Shown: positions 29,885-38,532, counted from the first letter of the stretch. The stretch is 64,000 nt of DNA from a virus (IMGVR_UViG_2923098224_000002:1-64000); one strand, 5' to 3'. A program made the numbers and translations. The notes: generated by a model from the sequence alone, not told the origin.

Positions 29885-31144
29885 TTGGGGCGAAAGTCAA
29901 ACGAAAAGGGGACGATTTCTATAGGGAAAGCTGATCGCAAACGATGGGAAGGAAACGTTAAGTCGATGGAAATCATCGCGAAAGCCCGCGACCAAATAAC
30001 CGAAGAAGATATCGAATTCTTGCGGAAAAATTATACGTCGGCAGGCGGGTTACTGCCGAATGCTTTTAGCGGTGGGGCCTTTTTCACGCCTACTCACATT
30101 GCAAAGTTCGTATGGGATGTATTAAAGCCGCGGCTGCCTGAGACTCCGAAGGTTCTGGAGCCTTCCGTTGGTGCCGGTGTATTTCTCGAACATGCGCCGA
30201 AGGCCGCCAACGTCACAGCGTTAGAACTCGATAGTACAAGCGCGAAAGTAACCTCGCTGTTATATCCAGACGCTGAGATTATCGAAGGGAATGCGCTAGT
30301 ACATGGCCGCCGAGATTATTACGATTTAGTAATCGGCAACCCGCCATACGGAGTAAACGTTAAATTCGAGCCGCAAGAAGACGAGGAGTGGCGGTCAATT
30401 ACTAAAAAGAAGGGAGAATACGGAGGCAAGTCGGAGGTTGCTTTTATCGAACTCGCTATCAAAGCGGTTAAGCCCGGCGGTTATATTGCGTTTGTACTTC
30501 CGTTAGGCATATCCTTCGCTAACTATGCATCTAAACTTCGAAAGTTTATGCACGAAACGTGCTGGCAGGTCGCGACTATTTTACTTCCGGGAGAAACGTT
30601 CCAACACGTAGGTACTACGATTGCTACGCAGATATTAATACTGCGGAAAGCACCGCCTAGAACGGAGTTGATACAGCCAGCAACTACGAAATGGCGCTCA
30701 AATTTCAGAAGAGGCGGTGACACTGACATATCGGAATATAACGCAAAATTTCTCGAAGGTCAGCCGCCTGCTTATTTCGCACAAGTAACAGACATTGGGT
30801 GGGATGCGAAAGGAAAGTCAACCGATGCGTCGGGCGATGGTCTGACGCAACTTGACGAACTCCTTGACGATTTCACTGACGATAACCTTATGCGCGAAAA
30901 TCTATATCCACACTTACCTAGCTGGCATGGAATCGACAAAGGAAACGAGGCATTCTTCTTCTCACATGGCAACGGTCAGTGTGACGGCTTAAGAGACGCA
31001 GCAGCCACTTTTCCGGAAGGTCCTTATCGCTGGAATGAACTAACGTTAGGCGCCGGGGATGAGATCGAATGGAATGGACGTATGGTGAGCTCGTTTGATT
31101 TCGATTGGCAGGACGAAATCGTTCGCAATTATTTCGATAGATAG
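29885..31144 (+). CDS. Orphan N6-adenine DNA methyltransferase
   Basis: FFTP, VLEPSVGAGVFL (motif I), IGNPPY (motif IV), GGYIAFVLP. Confidence 0.88.
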   Translation: MGRKSNEKGTISIGKADRKRWEGNVKSMEIIAKARDQITEEDIEFLRKNYTSAGGLLPNAFSGGAFFTPTHIAKFVWDVLKPRLPETPKVLEPSVGAGVFLEHAPKAANVTALELDSTSAKVTSLLYPDAEIIEGNALVHGRRDYYDLVIGNPPYGVNVKFEPQEDEEWRSITKKKGEYGGKSEVAFIELAIKAVKPGGYIAFVLPLGISFANYASKLRKFMHETCWQVATILLPGETFQHVGTTIATQILILRKAPPRTELIQPATTKWRSNFRRGGDTDISEYNAKFLEGQPPAYFAQVTDIGWDAKGKSTDASGDGLTQLDELLDDFTDDNLMRENLYPHLPSWHGIDKGNEAFFFSHGNGQCDGLRDAAATFPEGPYRWNELTLGAGDEIEWNGRMVSSFDFDWQDEIVRNYFDR

Positions 31145-31177
31145 CGCGATTACTAGAGCGAGAAGGAGGTTTTACGT

Positions 31178-31561
31178 ATGGGAACGGTAAAAGTCGATCT
31201 CCACCGAAAGGATCGCGAGTTTAACGCCGCATATGCGCTCGACGACGCAGAGGGCGTCAAGTTGCTACTCGCCGATTACCAGAAGTTCGTCAGCCGAAAA
31301 CGCTGCGGCGACTATGCGGCCATGGAAGTGTTGATCGACATTCATAAGGCGATCGAGCTCGCCTGCTTAACGGATCGGCAACGGCAGGCGATCGAGCTCG
31401 TTTACTTCGGAGAATTAACGCAAACCGAGGCGGGCGAACGGATGGGTATTGCGCAAAAGAACGTAAATGAAGCCCTCGACAGAGCCTCCGAAAAGCTTGC
31501 GGACATTTATTACTATTGGGCCGGTCACGGCGAAGGATATACGACAAGGGGGACGGATTGA
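31178..31561 (+). CDS. Sigma-70 region-4 HTH regulator
   Basis: LTDRQRQAIELVYFGELTQTEAGERMGIAQKNV. Confidence 0.8.
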   Translation: MGTVKVDLHRKDREFNAAYALDDAEGVKLLLADYQKFVSRKRCGDYAAMEVLIDIHKAIELACLTDRQRQAIELVYFGELTQTEAGERMGIAQKNVNEALDRASEKLADIYYYWAGHGEGYTTRGTD

Positions 31562-32046
31562 TGGATAAAACGATTTTGGACGAAACGATTACGGAAATGT
31601 ACGCACGAACTAAGGCCGGTAAGATGTCTCGGCAGGAGCGAATTGAGGCAATAACGGCCCTGTCAGACGCTTACTTCGACTCTACCGGAGATCACCCGGA
31701 GCCCGCAGCGCTTGAGCGAATGGCTAATCTCGTACTCTATGAAGAGCTTTCCGATACTAACAAAAACAAGATGAAGGCAGAATACCCATTTATGAGTGAG
31801 CGAATGGAAAAGACTCGAAGATCCGGGGAAACGTCCGAAAAGATGGCAGAAGAATATGACCGCTTTGGAAAAAATCAGAGCAAACCTGTTCGTAGGCACC
31901 TTTCTACTTACGAAGGTATTCAAGTCGATAAACGCGCTAAATCTCAAAATAAAGATCGCAGAAAACGTTATTCGGCATTCGTTAACGGAAGATCCGACGG
32001 ACAATTCACCGTAAATATCGCAACTGGCGAAAAAGTTTATCACTAA
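31561..32046 (+). CDS. Conserved phage hypothetical protein
   Basis: ATG at 31561 after GGGGG RBS; LERMANLVLYEEL. Confidence 0.6.
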   Translation: MDKTILDETITEMYARTKAGKMSRQERIEAITALSDAYFDSTGDHPEPAALERMANLVLYEELSDTNKNKMKAEYPFMSERMEKTRRSGETSEKMAEEYDRFGKNQSKPVRRHLSTYEGIQVDKRAKSQNKDRRKRYSAFVNGRSDGQFTVNIATGEKVYH

Positions 32047-32133
32047 TACCCGCATTTTACCGCGTTAGTTGTCTATACGTTATGAGGGCGCCCGTTCAGC
32101 GCTCTTTTATTTTTGCGAAAAGGAGACGGTTTA

Positions 32134-32934
32134 ATGAAGAGATTACGAGTTATTAATACGGAGACAGGCGAAGACTGGTCGGAAATGTACACGCTGCGGC
32201 ACCGCAACCAAGACGCAGCCTTTCGTCAGCAGCAAGAAAAAACAGCCGATCGGCGCGATTTCTCAAACGCCAATATGTCTAATATTCACGAAGTCTATGA
32301 CGCTCTTACGACGGCACAGTGTGGCTATCTGATGCTGCTTCAGTGCTACGTCGACTACAACGGTGTTCTAATAAAATCCAGCCGTAATAAAACGCCGATG
32401 ACCACCGCGGACATGATGGACGTTTTGCAGCTCAGTAAAAAACGGATGACCTTTTACGACTTCCTTTCCGCCTGTACCGAGCACGACATCATCCGGGAAG
32501 AGAACGGCCGCTACAGTGTAAATGACCGCTACCACTTCAAAGGTAATTTCGGTAGTCAGCAAGTCGTTAAGCTATACAGCGCGAAGATCAAACGTGTGTA
32601 CAGCGAAGTGAAGGCGACTGACATCGGTCTGATCTATCGTATGCTGCCGTTCATTCATTACGAAACAAACGCTCTGTGCGCAAATCCTTTCGAAAAGAAT
32701 CCGAAGCGCATACGTTGGTTTAACAAAAAAGAGCTTGCGGCGGCGATCGGTGTTACCTCGGATACGCTCGGCCGGCGCCTGAAGCAGATGAAATTCGACG
32801 GCGAATACGTTGTTGCGCGAATTAAAGTCGGAAGCGAGCCGGAGCGCTATACGTTTAATCCTAACGTATTCTATCGACAATCCAAGACGCCGGACAAAAC
32901 GCTGATTGCGCTGTTTAACGTTAAGAAGGTATAA
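32134..32934 (+). CDS. RepL-like / double winged-helix DNA-binding protein
   Basis: INTETGE N-terminus; two wHTH-like units ending YSVNDRYHFKG and YTFNPNVFYR. Confidence 0.55.
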   Translation: MKRLRVINTETGEDWSEMYTLRHRNQDAAFRQQQEKTADRRDFSNANMSNIHEVYDALTTAQCGYLMLLQCYVDYNGVLIKSSRNKTPMTTADMMDVLQLSKKRMTFYDFLSACTEHDIIREENGRYSVNDRYHFKGNFGSQQVVKLYSAKIKRVYSEVKATDIGLIYRMLPFIHYETNALCANPFEKNPKRIRWFNKKELAAAIGVTSDTLGRRLKQMKFDGEYVVARIKVGSEPERYTFNPNVFYRQSKTPDKTLIALFNVKKV

Positions 32935-32935
32935 T
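32906..32935 (+). promoter_or_regulatory. Candidate SigA promoter for the arbitrium-array mini-gene
   Basis: TTGCGC-18 nt-TATAAT; RBS GGAGGTG at 32947-32953. Confidence 0.5.
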
Positions 32936-32959
32936 TTTACTATACCGGAGGTGAGGCGA

Positions 32960-33043
32960 ATGGGAATGCCACGAGGAGCTAATCCGTTAGAGAGTGCGAT
33001 TAGAGGCGCAGGTCCAGCGGAAAGCGCATCACGCGGAGCATAA
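32960..33043 (+). CDS. 27-aa poly-arbitrium peptide MGMPRGANPLESAIRGAGPAESASRGA (tandem GMPRGA, SAIRGA, SASRGA)
   Basis: Translated directly from the sequence; strong RBS, downstream terminator; three RGA-ending hexapeptides at a 10-aa period. Confidence 0.88.
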   Translation: MGMPRGANPLESAIRGAGPAESASRGA

Positions 33044-33047
33044 AACG

Positions 33048-33079
33048 AAAAAGGACGCCTTATGCGGGCGTCTTTTCTT
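33048..33079. terminator. Possibly bidirectional terminator after the mini-gene
   Basis: aaaaag-gacgcct-tatgc-gggcgtc-ttttctt. Confidence 0.75.
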
Positions 33080-33221
33080 CGTCATCTTCCGTTTGTAATT
33101 CAAGAACTTCGATCTGCGATTTTAAGATAGCTATGTCTCGGCTGTTTAGGTTCGTAGGTAATTCAAAGCGCGCAATCTGCCCGTTTGTAAGCGCAATGCG
33201 AGCGTATTGTTTTTCGTCCAT
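33060..33221 (-). CDS. Small hypothetical protein MDEKQYARIALTNGQ... (53 aa)
   Basis: RBS AAGGAG on the minus strand, open frame. Confidence 0.55.
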   Translation of the reverse strand: MDEKQYARIALTNGQIARFELPTNLNSRDIAILKSQIEVLELQTEDDEEKTPA

Positions 33222-33260
33222 TCGTATAGCTCCTTCGGTGTTTATGTCTTAAATATATCA

Positions 33261-34073
33261 TCAGCTCTTCCACGAATCAAACGAAGGTATCCGCAGCAGT
33301 CCTTTGCGCGTCTTAAATCGATGCTTCACACGGCATTTTATCGGCTCTATATTCACGTATTTATCCGTTTCTCCTACGTCTTTCCGCTCCGAATGAAATC
33401 TCCGCCGTTCAGCGTGCGGCATAAACTCCATCAGGCCCGCATAAGCACCGTCCTCATACGCTAAAACAAGCGCATTATCCTCTTTCCGATAGCCCGTAAT
33501 CCAAACGTCAGTATATTCGTAATTAACGATCTTCAGCCAACGATCTGACCGCTTATTTTCCGCGTAGGACGAGTTAGCGCGCTTCATAACGACTCCTTCA
33601 ATGCCGGAGCTTTTCGCTAATTCGAAAACAGCGCGGCCATTACCTGTAACGCTATCGACAATCTTAACGTTTGGATGATCGAGGGCAAGGCCGCTTAATA
33701 ATTCCTTCCGCTCATATAACGGTTTCGACGTAACCGATACGCCGTCGAGACGCAATATATCAAACACGCAGAATACTATCGGATGATAGCTTTTTTGCGA
33801 TTGAAACCGCTCCATCATAGCTTCGAAGTCTCCGGCGCCTGTCGGTCCGGGCACGATAAGCTCGCCATCCAAAATGGTACCGTCCGGAATTTGTATCGTG
33901 TGGAGTTCGGGGAATTTAGCGGTGACTTCGTTGTTGTGGCGCGTGTAGAGGCGCATGCGGCCGCCATCTTTGGACGCGAGCAGGCGGATACCGTCGAATT
34001 TGATTTCCGTAATGTAATCGTCAGAGTCGAACGGGTCTTTTGCGGACTCTAATAGCATTGGCGAAATAAACAA
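33261..34073 (-). CDS. ATP-dependent DNA ligase (SPbeta LigB-like)
   Basis: EIKFDGIR, LDGEL, FDIL, EGVVMK, WLKI motifs. Confidence 0.92.
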   Translation of the reverse strand: MFISPMLLESAKDPFDSDDYITEIKFDGIRLLASKDGGRMRLYTRHNNEVTAKFPELHTIQIPDGTILDGELIVPGPTGAGDFEAMMERFQSQKSYHPIVFCVFDILRLDGVSVTSKPLYERKELLSGLALDHPNVKIVDSVTGNGRAVFELAKSSGIEGVVMKRANSSYAENKRSDRWLKIVNYEYTDVWITGYRKEDNALVLAYEDGAYAGLMEFMPHAERRRFHSERKDVGETDKYVNIEPIKCRVKHRFKTRKGLLRIPSFDSWKS

Positions 34074-34164
34074 AAAATCACCTCGTTTCAGCTTCGTAAT
34101 ACTATAATGATATAGTAAGAGTCGGCTAGAACGAAGTGATTAGGTACTGGTAATTTATGGTTAA

Positions 34165-34560
34165 TTAATTCTCTTTAAATATTCCGGAAGCTTTAAATCT
34201 ATTTAATAATCTATTCATTTCTTGTAGGGTGAAATCGTGGCTGTTAATAAGATTGACAACATCCTCGTCAGTCAATTCTCTTCTCTCAATAACCTTACGT
34301 CTTTCGATAACCTCACCAGTCGCAGTTACACTTTTTTCTTCTTCTTCCACGGAAATGTTCCATCCGTGAAGATTGATTCCTAGAAAACGGTGTCTCGAAT
34401 CTCCAATAGGTTTATATGTGATAATTGCTCCTGGATTTCTTCCGCCGTCTTGCTCATACGCCGTTTTGTTAACCGATTGCTCTCTTTCTCGTAATTGAAT
34501 GATTTCTTGCAATAAGTCCAAACGATACACCTCTTTTATATATTCTTTTTCATTCCGCAT
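34165..34560 (-). CDS. AT-rich hypothetical protein
   Basis: ORF. Confidence 0.5.
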   Translation of the reverse strand: MRNEKEYIKEVYRLDLLQEIIQLREREQSVNKTAYEQDGGRNPGAIITYKPIGDSRHRFLGINLHGWNISVEEEEKSVTATGEVIERRKVIERRELTDEDVVNLINSHDFTLQEMNRLLNRFKASGIFKEN

Positions 34561-34715
34561 CTTCTACATTCGCGCAAAAACTTTCCGCTCTTCACCGAGC
34601 TTTTGAACAGCGTATAGTCACAGTTGTCGCATCGTCCTGCGCGCTTGTCCGGAAATTCCTTGTATTCGTAAGTGATCGACGTATCAATGCCGTTAGTCTC
34701 GTATTTTTCCTCCAT
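34536..34715 (-). CDS. Small zinc-ribbon protein (59 aa)
   Basis: RBS GGAGG; CDNC...CRRC. Confidence 0.65.
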   Translation of the reverse strand: MEEKYETNGIDTSITYEYKEFPDKRAGRCDNCDYTLFKSSVKSGKFLRECRRCGMKKNI

Positions 34716-34845
34716 TTTCGCTGTACCTCCGTGTCCTACATCGTTGTATAGAACGATTATACCACGAAATTACAACGAGAGAGCCGCTTCAGACGCGTTC
34801 AGGTACGATAGGTATCCGAAAGCTTGAAACGGCTCAGTTCGTTCA

Positions 34846-35283
34846 TTATTTAACGTTGAATTTCGCTGACTCAAACGTACCGACGTATTTGCGCTTTCCT
34901 GAATCCGAATAGCAGTCGATCTGAATAACGTAGGTGCCTTTGCCGGTCTTGCTGCGGATCGATTTCGCACTAAACGACTTCAGCGGCGTTGATGTCTTGA
35001 AGCTTCCGCGTTGTAACAAGCCGGTTTCAGTCATCCCGCCGCCGCTGCGCTTTTTATAAACGCCGGCCGTGTAGTACAGCGTTGAGCCGCCTTTCTTCTC
35101 GGCTTTCCAGTCGACCGTGCTTGCGCTACTGCTGTACGTGGTTGCGTCCGTATATACCCGCGCCTTGTGTCCGAACTTCTCCGTCTGCCAGCCCGACCAT
35201 GCCGCGTCAGCTTGCGGAGCCAGCGCAATAGTGCCGGTAAATAGGGTGGCGGTGATTACGAGCGATTTGACTAAACGTTTCAT
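34846..35283 (-). CDS. Secreted basic protein (YqgA-like cell-wall protein)
   Basis: Signal peptide ending ADA|A; SGWQ...RVYTDATTY...TPLKSF. Confidence 0.6.
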   Translation of the reverse strand: MKRLVKSLVITATLFTGTIALAPQADAAWSGWQTEKFGHKARVYTDATTYSSSASTVDWKAEKKGGSTLYYTAGVYKKRSGGGMTETGLLQRGSFKTSTPLKSFSAKSIRSKTGKGTYVIQIDCYSDSGKRKYVGTFESAKFNVK

Positions 35284-35296
35284 ACGATTTCCTCCT

Positions 35297-36034
35297 TTAG
35301 AAGCCGACAACTTCATCGTCAATAGTCGATTTTGTATAATCGATGGTATTTCCGTCGCGATGACCGCTACTATACGCAAACATTTCCTCAATATCCGGGA
35401 CTTGTATTGCGCGTGCAGTTCCGAACGACTTCGAAAGCTCTTTGTAGGCGTCGCTTACTTCCTTCGGTTTAATAACCATCAAACCGTATTCTTCTTTCAT
35501 CTGACGCAACTGCTCGGCGAATTTTTCTTTAAGCCCGTCAAGGAATCCCTTCATGTAAGAGTTTTTTAGGTCATTGGTCTTTTTTACGGTTCTGGTGGCG
35601 TATTCTTCGTCATAGTAGGAATTTATGAAACGCTTTGAGTAGAACTGAATCGCATCATAGGCGAGTACAAACATTTCTTTCGCAAGCTGCACATCGTTGT
35701 CATAACCGAAGAAGATTACAGTTTTCTTCCTTCTTTGCTCACCGTCAAAACGTTTATTATTGTAATAAAATTCAACTTTGAAGTTATCCGCGATAATTCG
35801 TGCTAACGAACGTTCCCACCAGAAAAGCCGCTTATAAGCCGTTGCCTGACCTTTTACGATCTCTTGTTCAGCACATCTTTCCGTTATCTCACCGGAAGAA
35901 ATATCGTGCTTAATCATGAGTTTCTGCGCCAATAGGAACGCGCTTTGCGATTCCTCATCGCTTTTATTGTCGTTTGCAATTGCCAATAGGCCGCGAATTT
36001 TCTTTATGATCGACTCGTTGCGCGTAGAAGTCAT
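35297..36034 (-). CDS. DUF2786-domain protein
   Basis: IIKKIRGLLAIA...EESQSAFLLAQKLMIKHDI; SYMKGF. Confidence 0.75.
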   Translation of the reverse strand: MTSTRNESIIKKIRGLLAIANDNKSDEESQSAFLLAQKLMIKHDISSGEITERCAEQEIVKGQATAYKRLFWWERSLARIIADNFKVEFYYNNKRFDGEQRRKKTVIFFGYDNDVQLAKEMFVLAYDAIQFYSKRFINSYYDEEYATRTVKKTNDLKNSYMKGFLDGLKEKFAEQLRQMKEEYGLMVIKPKEVSDAYKELSKSFGTARAIQVPDIEEMFAYSSGHRDGNTIDYTKSTIDDEVVGF

Positions 36035-36147
36035 ACGATTTCCTCCTCAACTTCCAGCCGCGTACCACACGTAGGGCAGCACGCGTCCGGCTTGATTTCG
36101 ATATCTAACTTAGCGTAATTGCAATCGTGGCAAGTGTATTCAATCAT
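36031..36147 (-). CDS. Small zinc-ribbon protein (38 aa)
   Basis: MIEYTCHDC...CPTCG, coupled to neighbours. Confidence 0.55.
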   Translation of the reverse strand: MIEYTCHDCNYAKLDIEIKPDACCPTCGTRLEVEEEIV

Positions 36148-36340
36148 CGTTATGGATCTCCGTTTCCTTTTCGATTAAGTACCCGAAGTAGGTAAGCGCC
36201 GTATTAAAACCGATCTGATACGCGCGCCCGCTGTCCTGAAATAGCGTCATCGGTCGTTGGTATAGGTCGAGGATCTGCGCTTTTTGTTGCGCCGTTAATG
36301 GCGGCGTATCCGACCACAGGCGTCTTATATCAAGCGTCAT
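36140..36340 (-). CDS. Hypothetical protein
   Basis: ORF from ATG 36340. Confidence 0.5.
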   Translation of the reverse strand: MTLDIRRLWSDTPPLTAQQKAQILDLYQRPMTLFQDSGRAYQIGFNTALTYFGYLIEKETEIHNDD

Positions 36341-36503
36341 TTTCCACACCGCCTTTCCGCCGTAAGAGCAGAAGGACAAAAAACACGATCGCCGATCCGA
36401 TTCCGATATAATCGAGCGCGGAAAGCTTGGCGAAATTCATGCTCGCGATCCATGAGACAAGGACGACAATTAGCAAAATTTCCGTGGTATTAATCCGTTT
36501 CAT
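36330..36503 (-). CDS. Small two-TM membrane protein (57 aa)
   Basis: MKRINTTEILLIVVLVSWIAS...IGIGSAIVFFVLLLLRRK; no clear RBS. Confidence 0.5.
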   Translation of the reverse strand: MKRINTTEILLIVVLVSWIASMNFAKLSALDYIGIGSAIVFFVLLLLRRKGGVENDA

Positions 36504-36545
36504 ACGTGGTATAATTGATTGACAGGGGCTTTCGCCCCCGTTGGA

Positions 36546-36692
36546 TTATGTGCGGCGACGGTGTTTCTTGGTCGGAATCCGTCGCTCTTTTGCTTTCGCC
36601 TCTTTGCGCATCTTGCGAAGTTCTAGCGATAGTTTGAAAATCGCTAACCAAGTGCCTAGGAGCGCTGAAAGCTTTACGATGATGTCAATCAA
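36546..36692 (-). CDS. YonT-like type I toxin candidate MIDIIVKLSALLGTWLAIFKLSLELRKMRKEAKAKERRIPTKKHRRRT
   Basis: RBS AAAGGAGGTG; N-terminal hydrophobic helix plus highly basic tail; opposing TGnTATAAT at 36507-36515. Confidence 0.65.
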   Translation of the reverse strand: MIDIIVKLSALLGTWLAIFKLSLELRKMRKEAKAKERRIPTKKHRRRT

Positions 36693-36807
36693 TTTACCGT
36701 TCACCTCCTTTCGTTACTTTAATTATATCGCATAAACGTTATAACGTCAATACGTTATTGATAAAAATATCGTTTTTACGTTATAATAAGCGTAGGAGGT
36801 GGCGGAA

Positions 36808-37038
36808 ATGATCGCAAAGATAAAGGTAGGCGAGGCGTTAAAGCGCTCGGGCAAGACGCAGGGAGAACTCGCTGAACTAACCGGAATCCGTCCGAATACA
36901 ATAAGTGAATTAGTCCGCGGACATAGAGAACGTATCCAGCTCGACCATCTCAGCCGGATTGCGGCGGCGTTGAATATAAAAGACATACGTGAACTGATCG
37001 ATCTTGTAGACGAAGAAAACGGAGGCGCTGACGAATAG
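36808..37038 (+). CDS. Cro/CI-type (HTH_26) regulator
   Basis: KTQGELAELTGIRPNTISEL...IQLDHLSRIAAAL; promoter TTGATA...TATAAT upstream. Confidence 0.85.
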   Translation: MIAKIKVGEALKRSGKTQGELAELTGIRPNTISELVRGHRERIQLDHLSRIAAALNIKDIRELIDLVDEENGGADE

Positions 37039-37104
37039 TTGGCGTCTTTTTTCGTGGGTTCGTTTAGTCTGCGATTCTCAATTACGATAATCTAAATGAT
37101 AATG

Positions 37105-37155
37105 AACACGACTTTATTCGTACAAATCGGGCAAAAACACGACTTTATTCGTACA
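37105..37155. repeat. 20-bp perfect direct repeat AACACGACTTTATTCGTACA x2
   Basis: Copies at 37105-37124 and 37136-37155 (31-bp period). Confidence 0.85.
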
Positions 37156-38250
37156 CCCGAAAAGTGGGTTCACGCTTAGAGCCGCAAGGGATACAGCCGT
37201 TTTAGTCCGCCAATCACTTCTTAGTCTTGTGAGTCACAAGCCTCCGGAACTACGGCTCCGCCTTCGTCCGGGGTTAACGCAATCAATATATCTATTAATA
37301 TCTGCGCGTATGTAGGGAACGAAGTGACCGGAGTTAGCGCTATGTTTAAATACAAGCGGAAGACACTCGTTAATATAGCGTTAATCTAACGAAATAAATA
37401 ACGGAAGGGCAACGATAATACCGTATAATTTACCTCGATATGCTGTCTTACGTAATAGAAGGACGTAACATACCGTATAACCTAGCGATAGGCAGGCGGG
37501 ATATAGCCGGCACACATACGCTATATGTAACACCGTATAGGCATACGTATAGTTATATAGGAAGGAAGGCGGCGGAGAGGCGTCCGGTTGCGATGCGCGA
37601 TGAGGCGGACAGCAACGAGCCACTGCCGGAGGATGAGCCCTTCCGAAACTCACGGGGTCAAACCGAATGACCAACGCAATATGCACGATCCTATACATAG
37701 CATACGGCACAGGGCATGCGGCAGGGTGCAGGCGTGGCGCGGGTTCTCGAATGCATAAACAATGTACGTTTAATTGCGATGAGTAAACGATGACGAACGT
37801 TATCATATCAACGTTTGTCTATTGATTCGAATGTAACTCAATTTACTTCTGTTAAATTCGTTATTCATAAATATGTATTTAATATACGATGACCCAAACG
37901 AAGAATCGCGGAAACGCCGGGCCCCCAACCGCCCCCAAAAATACCGGTGCAACTGCTGTCCGGAACTTGCGCACAATTTTTCGAACTCGGGGCGTCAACT
38001 AAACGGAGGTGCTACCGCTGGAAAATTTCGAAATCATATGTAAGTGTTGCGGATCAAAGAACGTTGTAGCTTTCGGAAACTTCGACATGGCTGCGCACTT
38101 TTATTGCGAGGATTGCAACGCAGACGAAATAGAATACAATTATTCCACGAAATAAGCACGCCACAGCCGTTTTAATCCGGCCGGAGAGTATTCGATAGGG
38201 TAGTGGTCAGAAACGCTACTTTCGTGCGATTTCGAAGGGAGGACGAAAGG

Positions 38251-38532
38251 GTGGCGAAATATCGTAAAAAGCCGGTTGAAATAGAAGCGGTAAAATTCGA
38301 GGATACGACGGAATCTATATCGGCTATAGCGGAGTTATCCCACGATAGGTTAATTCGGGTAGACTATCGACAAAAGCCGGTCGTAATGTATATACCGACG
38401 TTAGAAGGCGTAATGGTTGCGCAAGTTGGCGATTACATTATTCGCGGCATTGCGGGCGAACTTTACCCGTGCAAGCCGGACATTTTCGAAAAGACTTACG
38501 AAAGGGTGAACGAATCGAATGGCGGAATTTAA
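38251..38532 (+). CDS. Conserved phage protein (KYRKKPVEIEA family)
   Basis: IPTLEG...GDYIIRG...YPCKPDIFEKTYE. Confidence 0.8.
   Translation: MAKYRKKPVEIEAVKFEDTTESISAIAELSHDRLIRVDYRQKPVVMYIPTLEGVMVAQVGDYIIRGIAGELYPCKPDIFEKTYERVNESNGGI

Noticed and set aside
32960-33043. Reading the 27-aa array as this phage's own aimP
   Set aside because: It has no signal peptide and no adjacent receptor, and a canonical aimP with a different peptide already sits next to aimR at 11513.
37381-37806. ORFs of 141 aa (-) and 76 aa (+) in the large intergenic region
   Set aside because: No RBS, atypical composition and no recognisable motifs.
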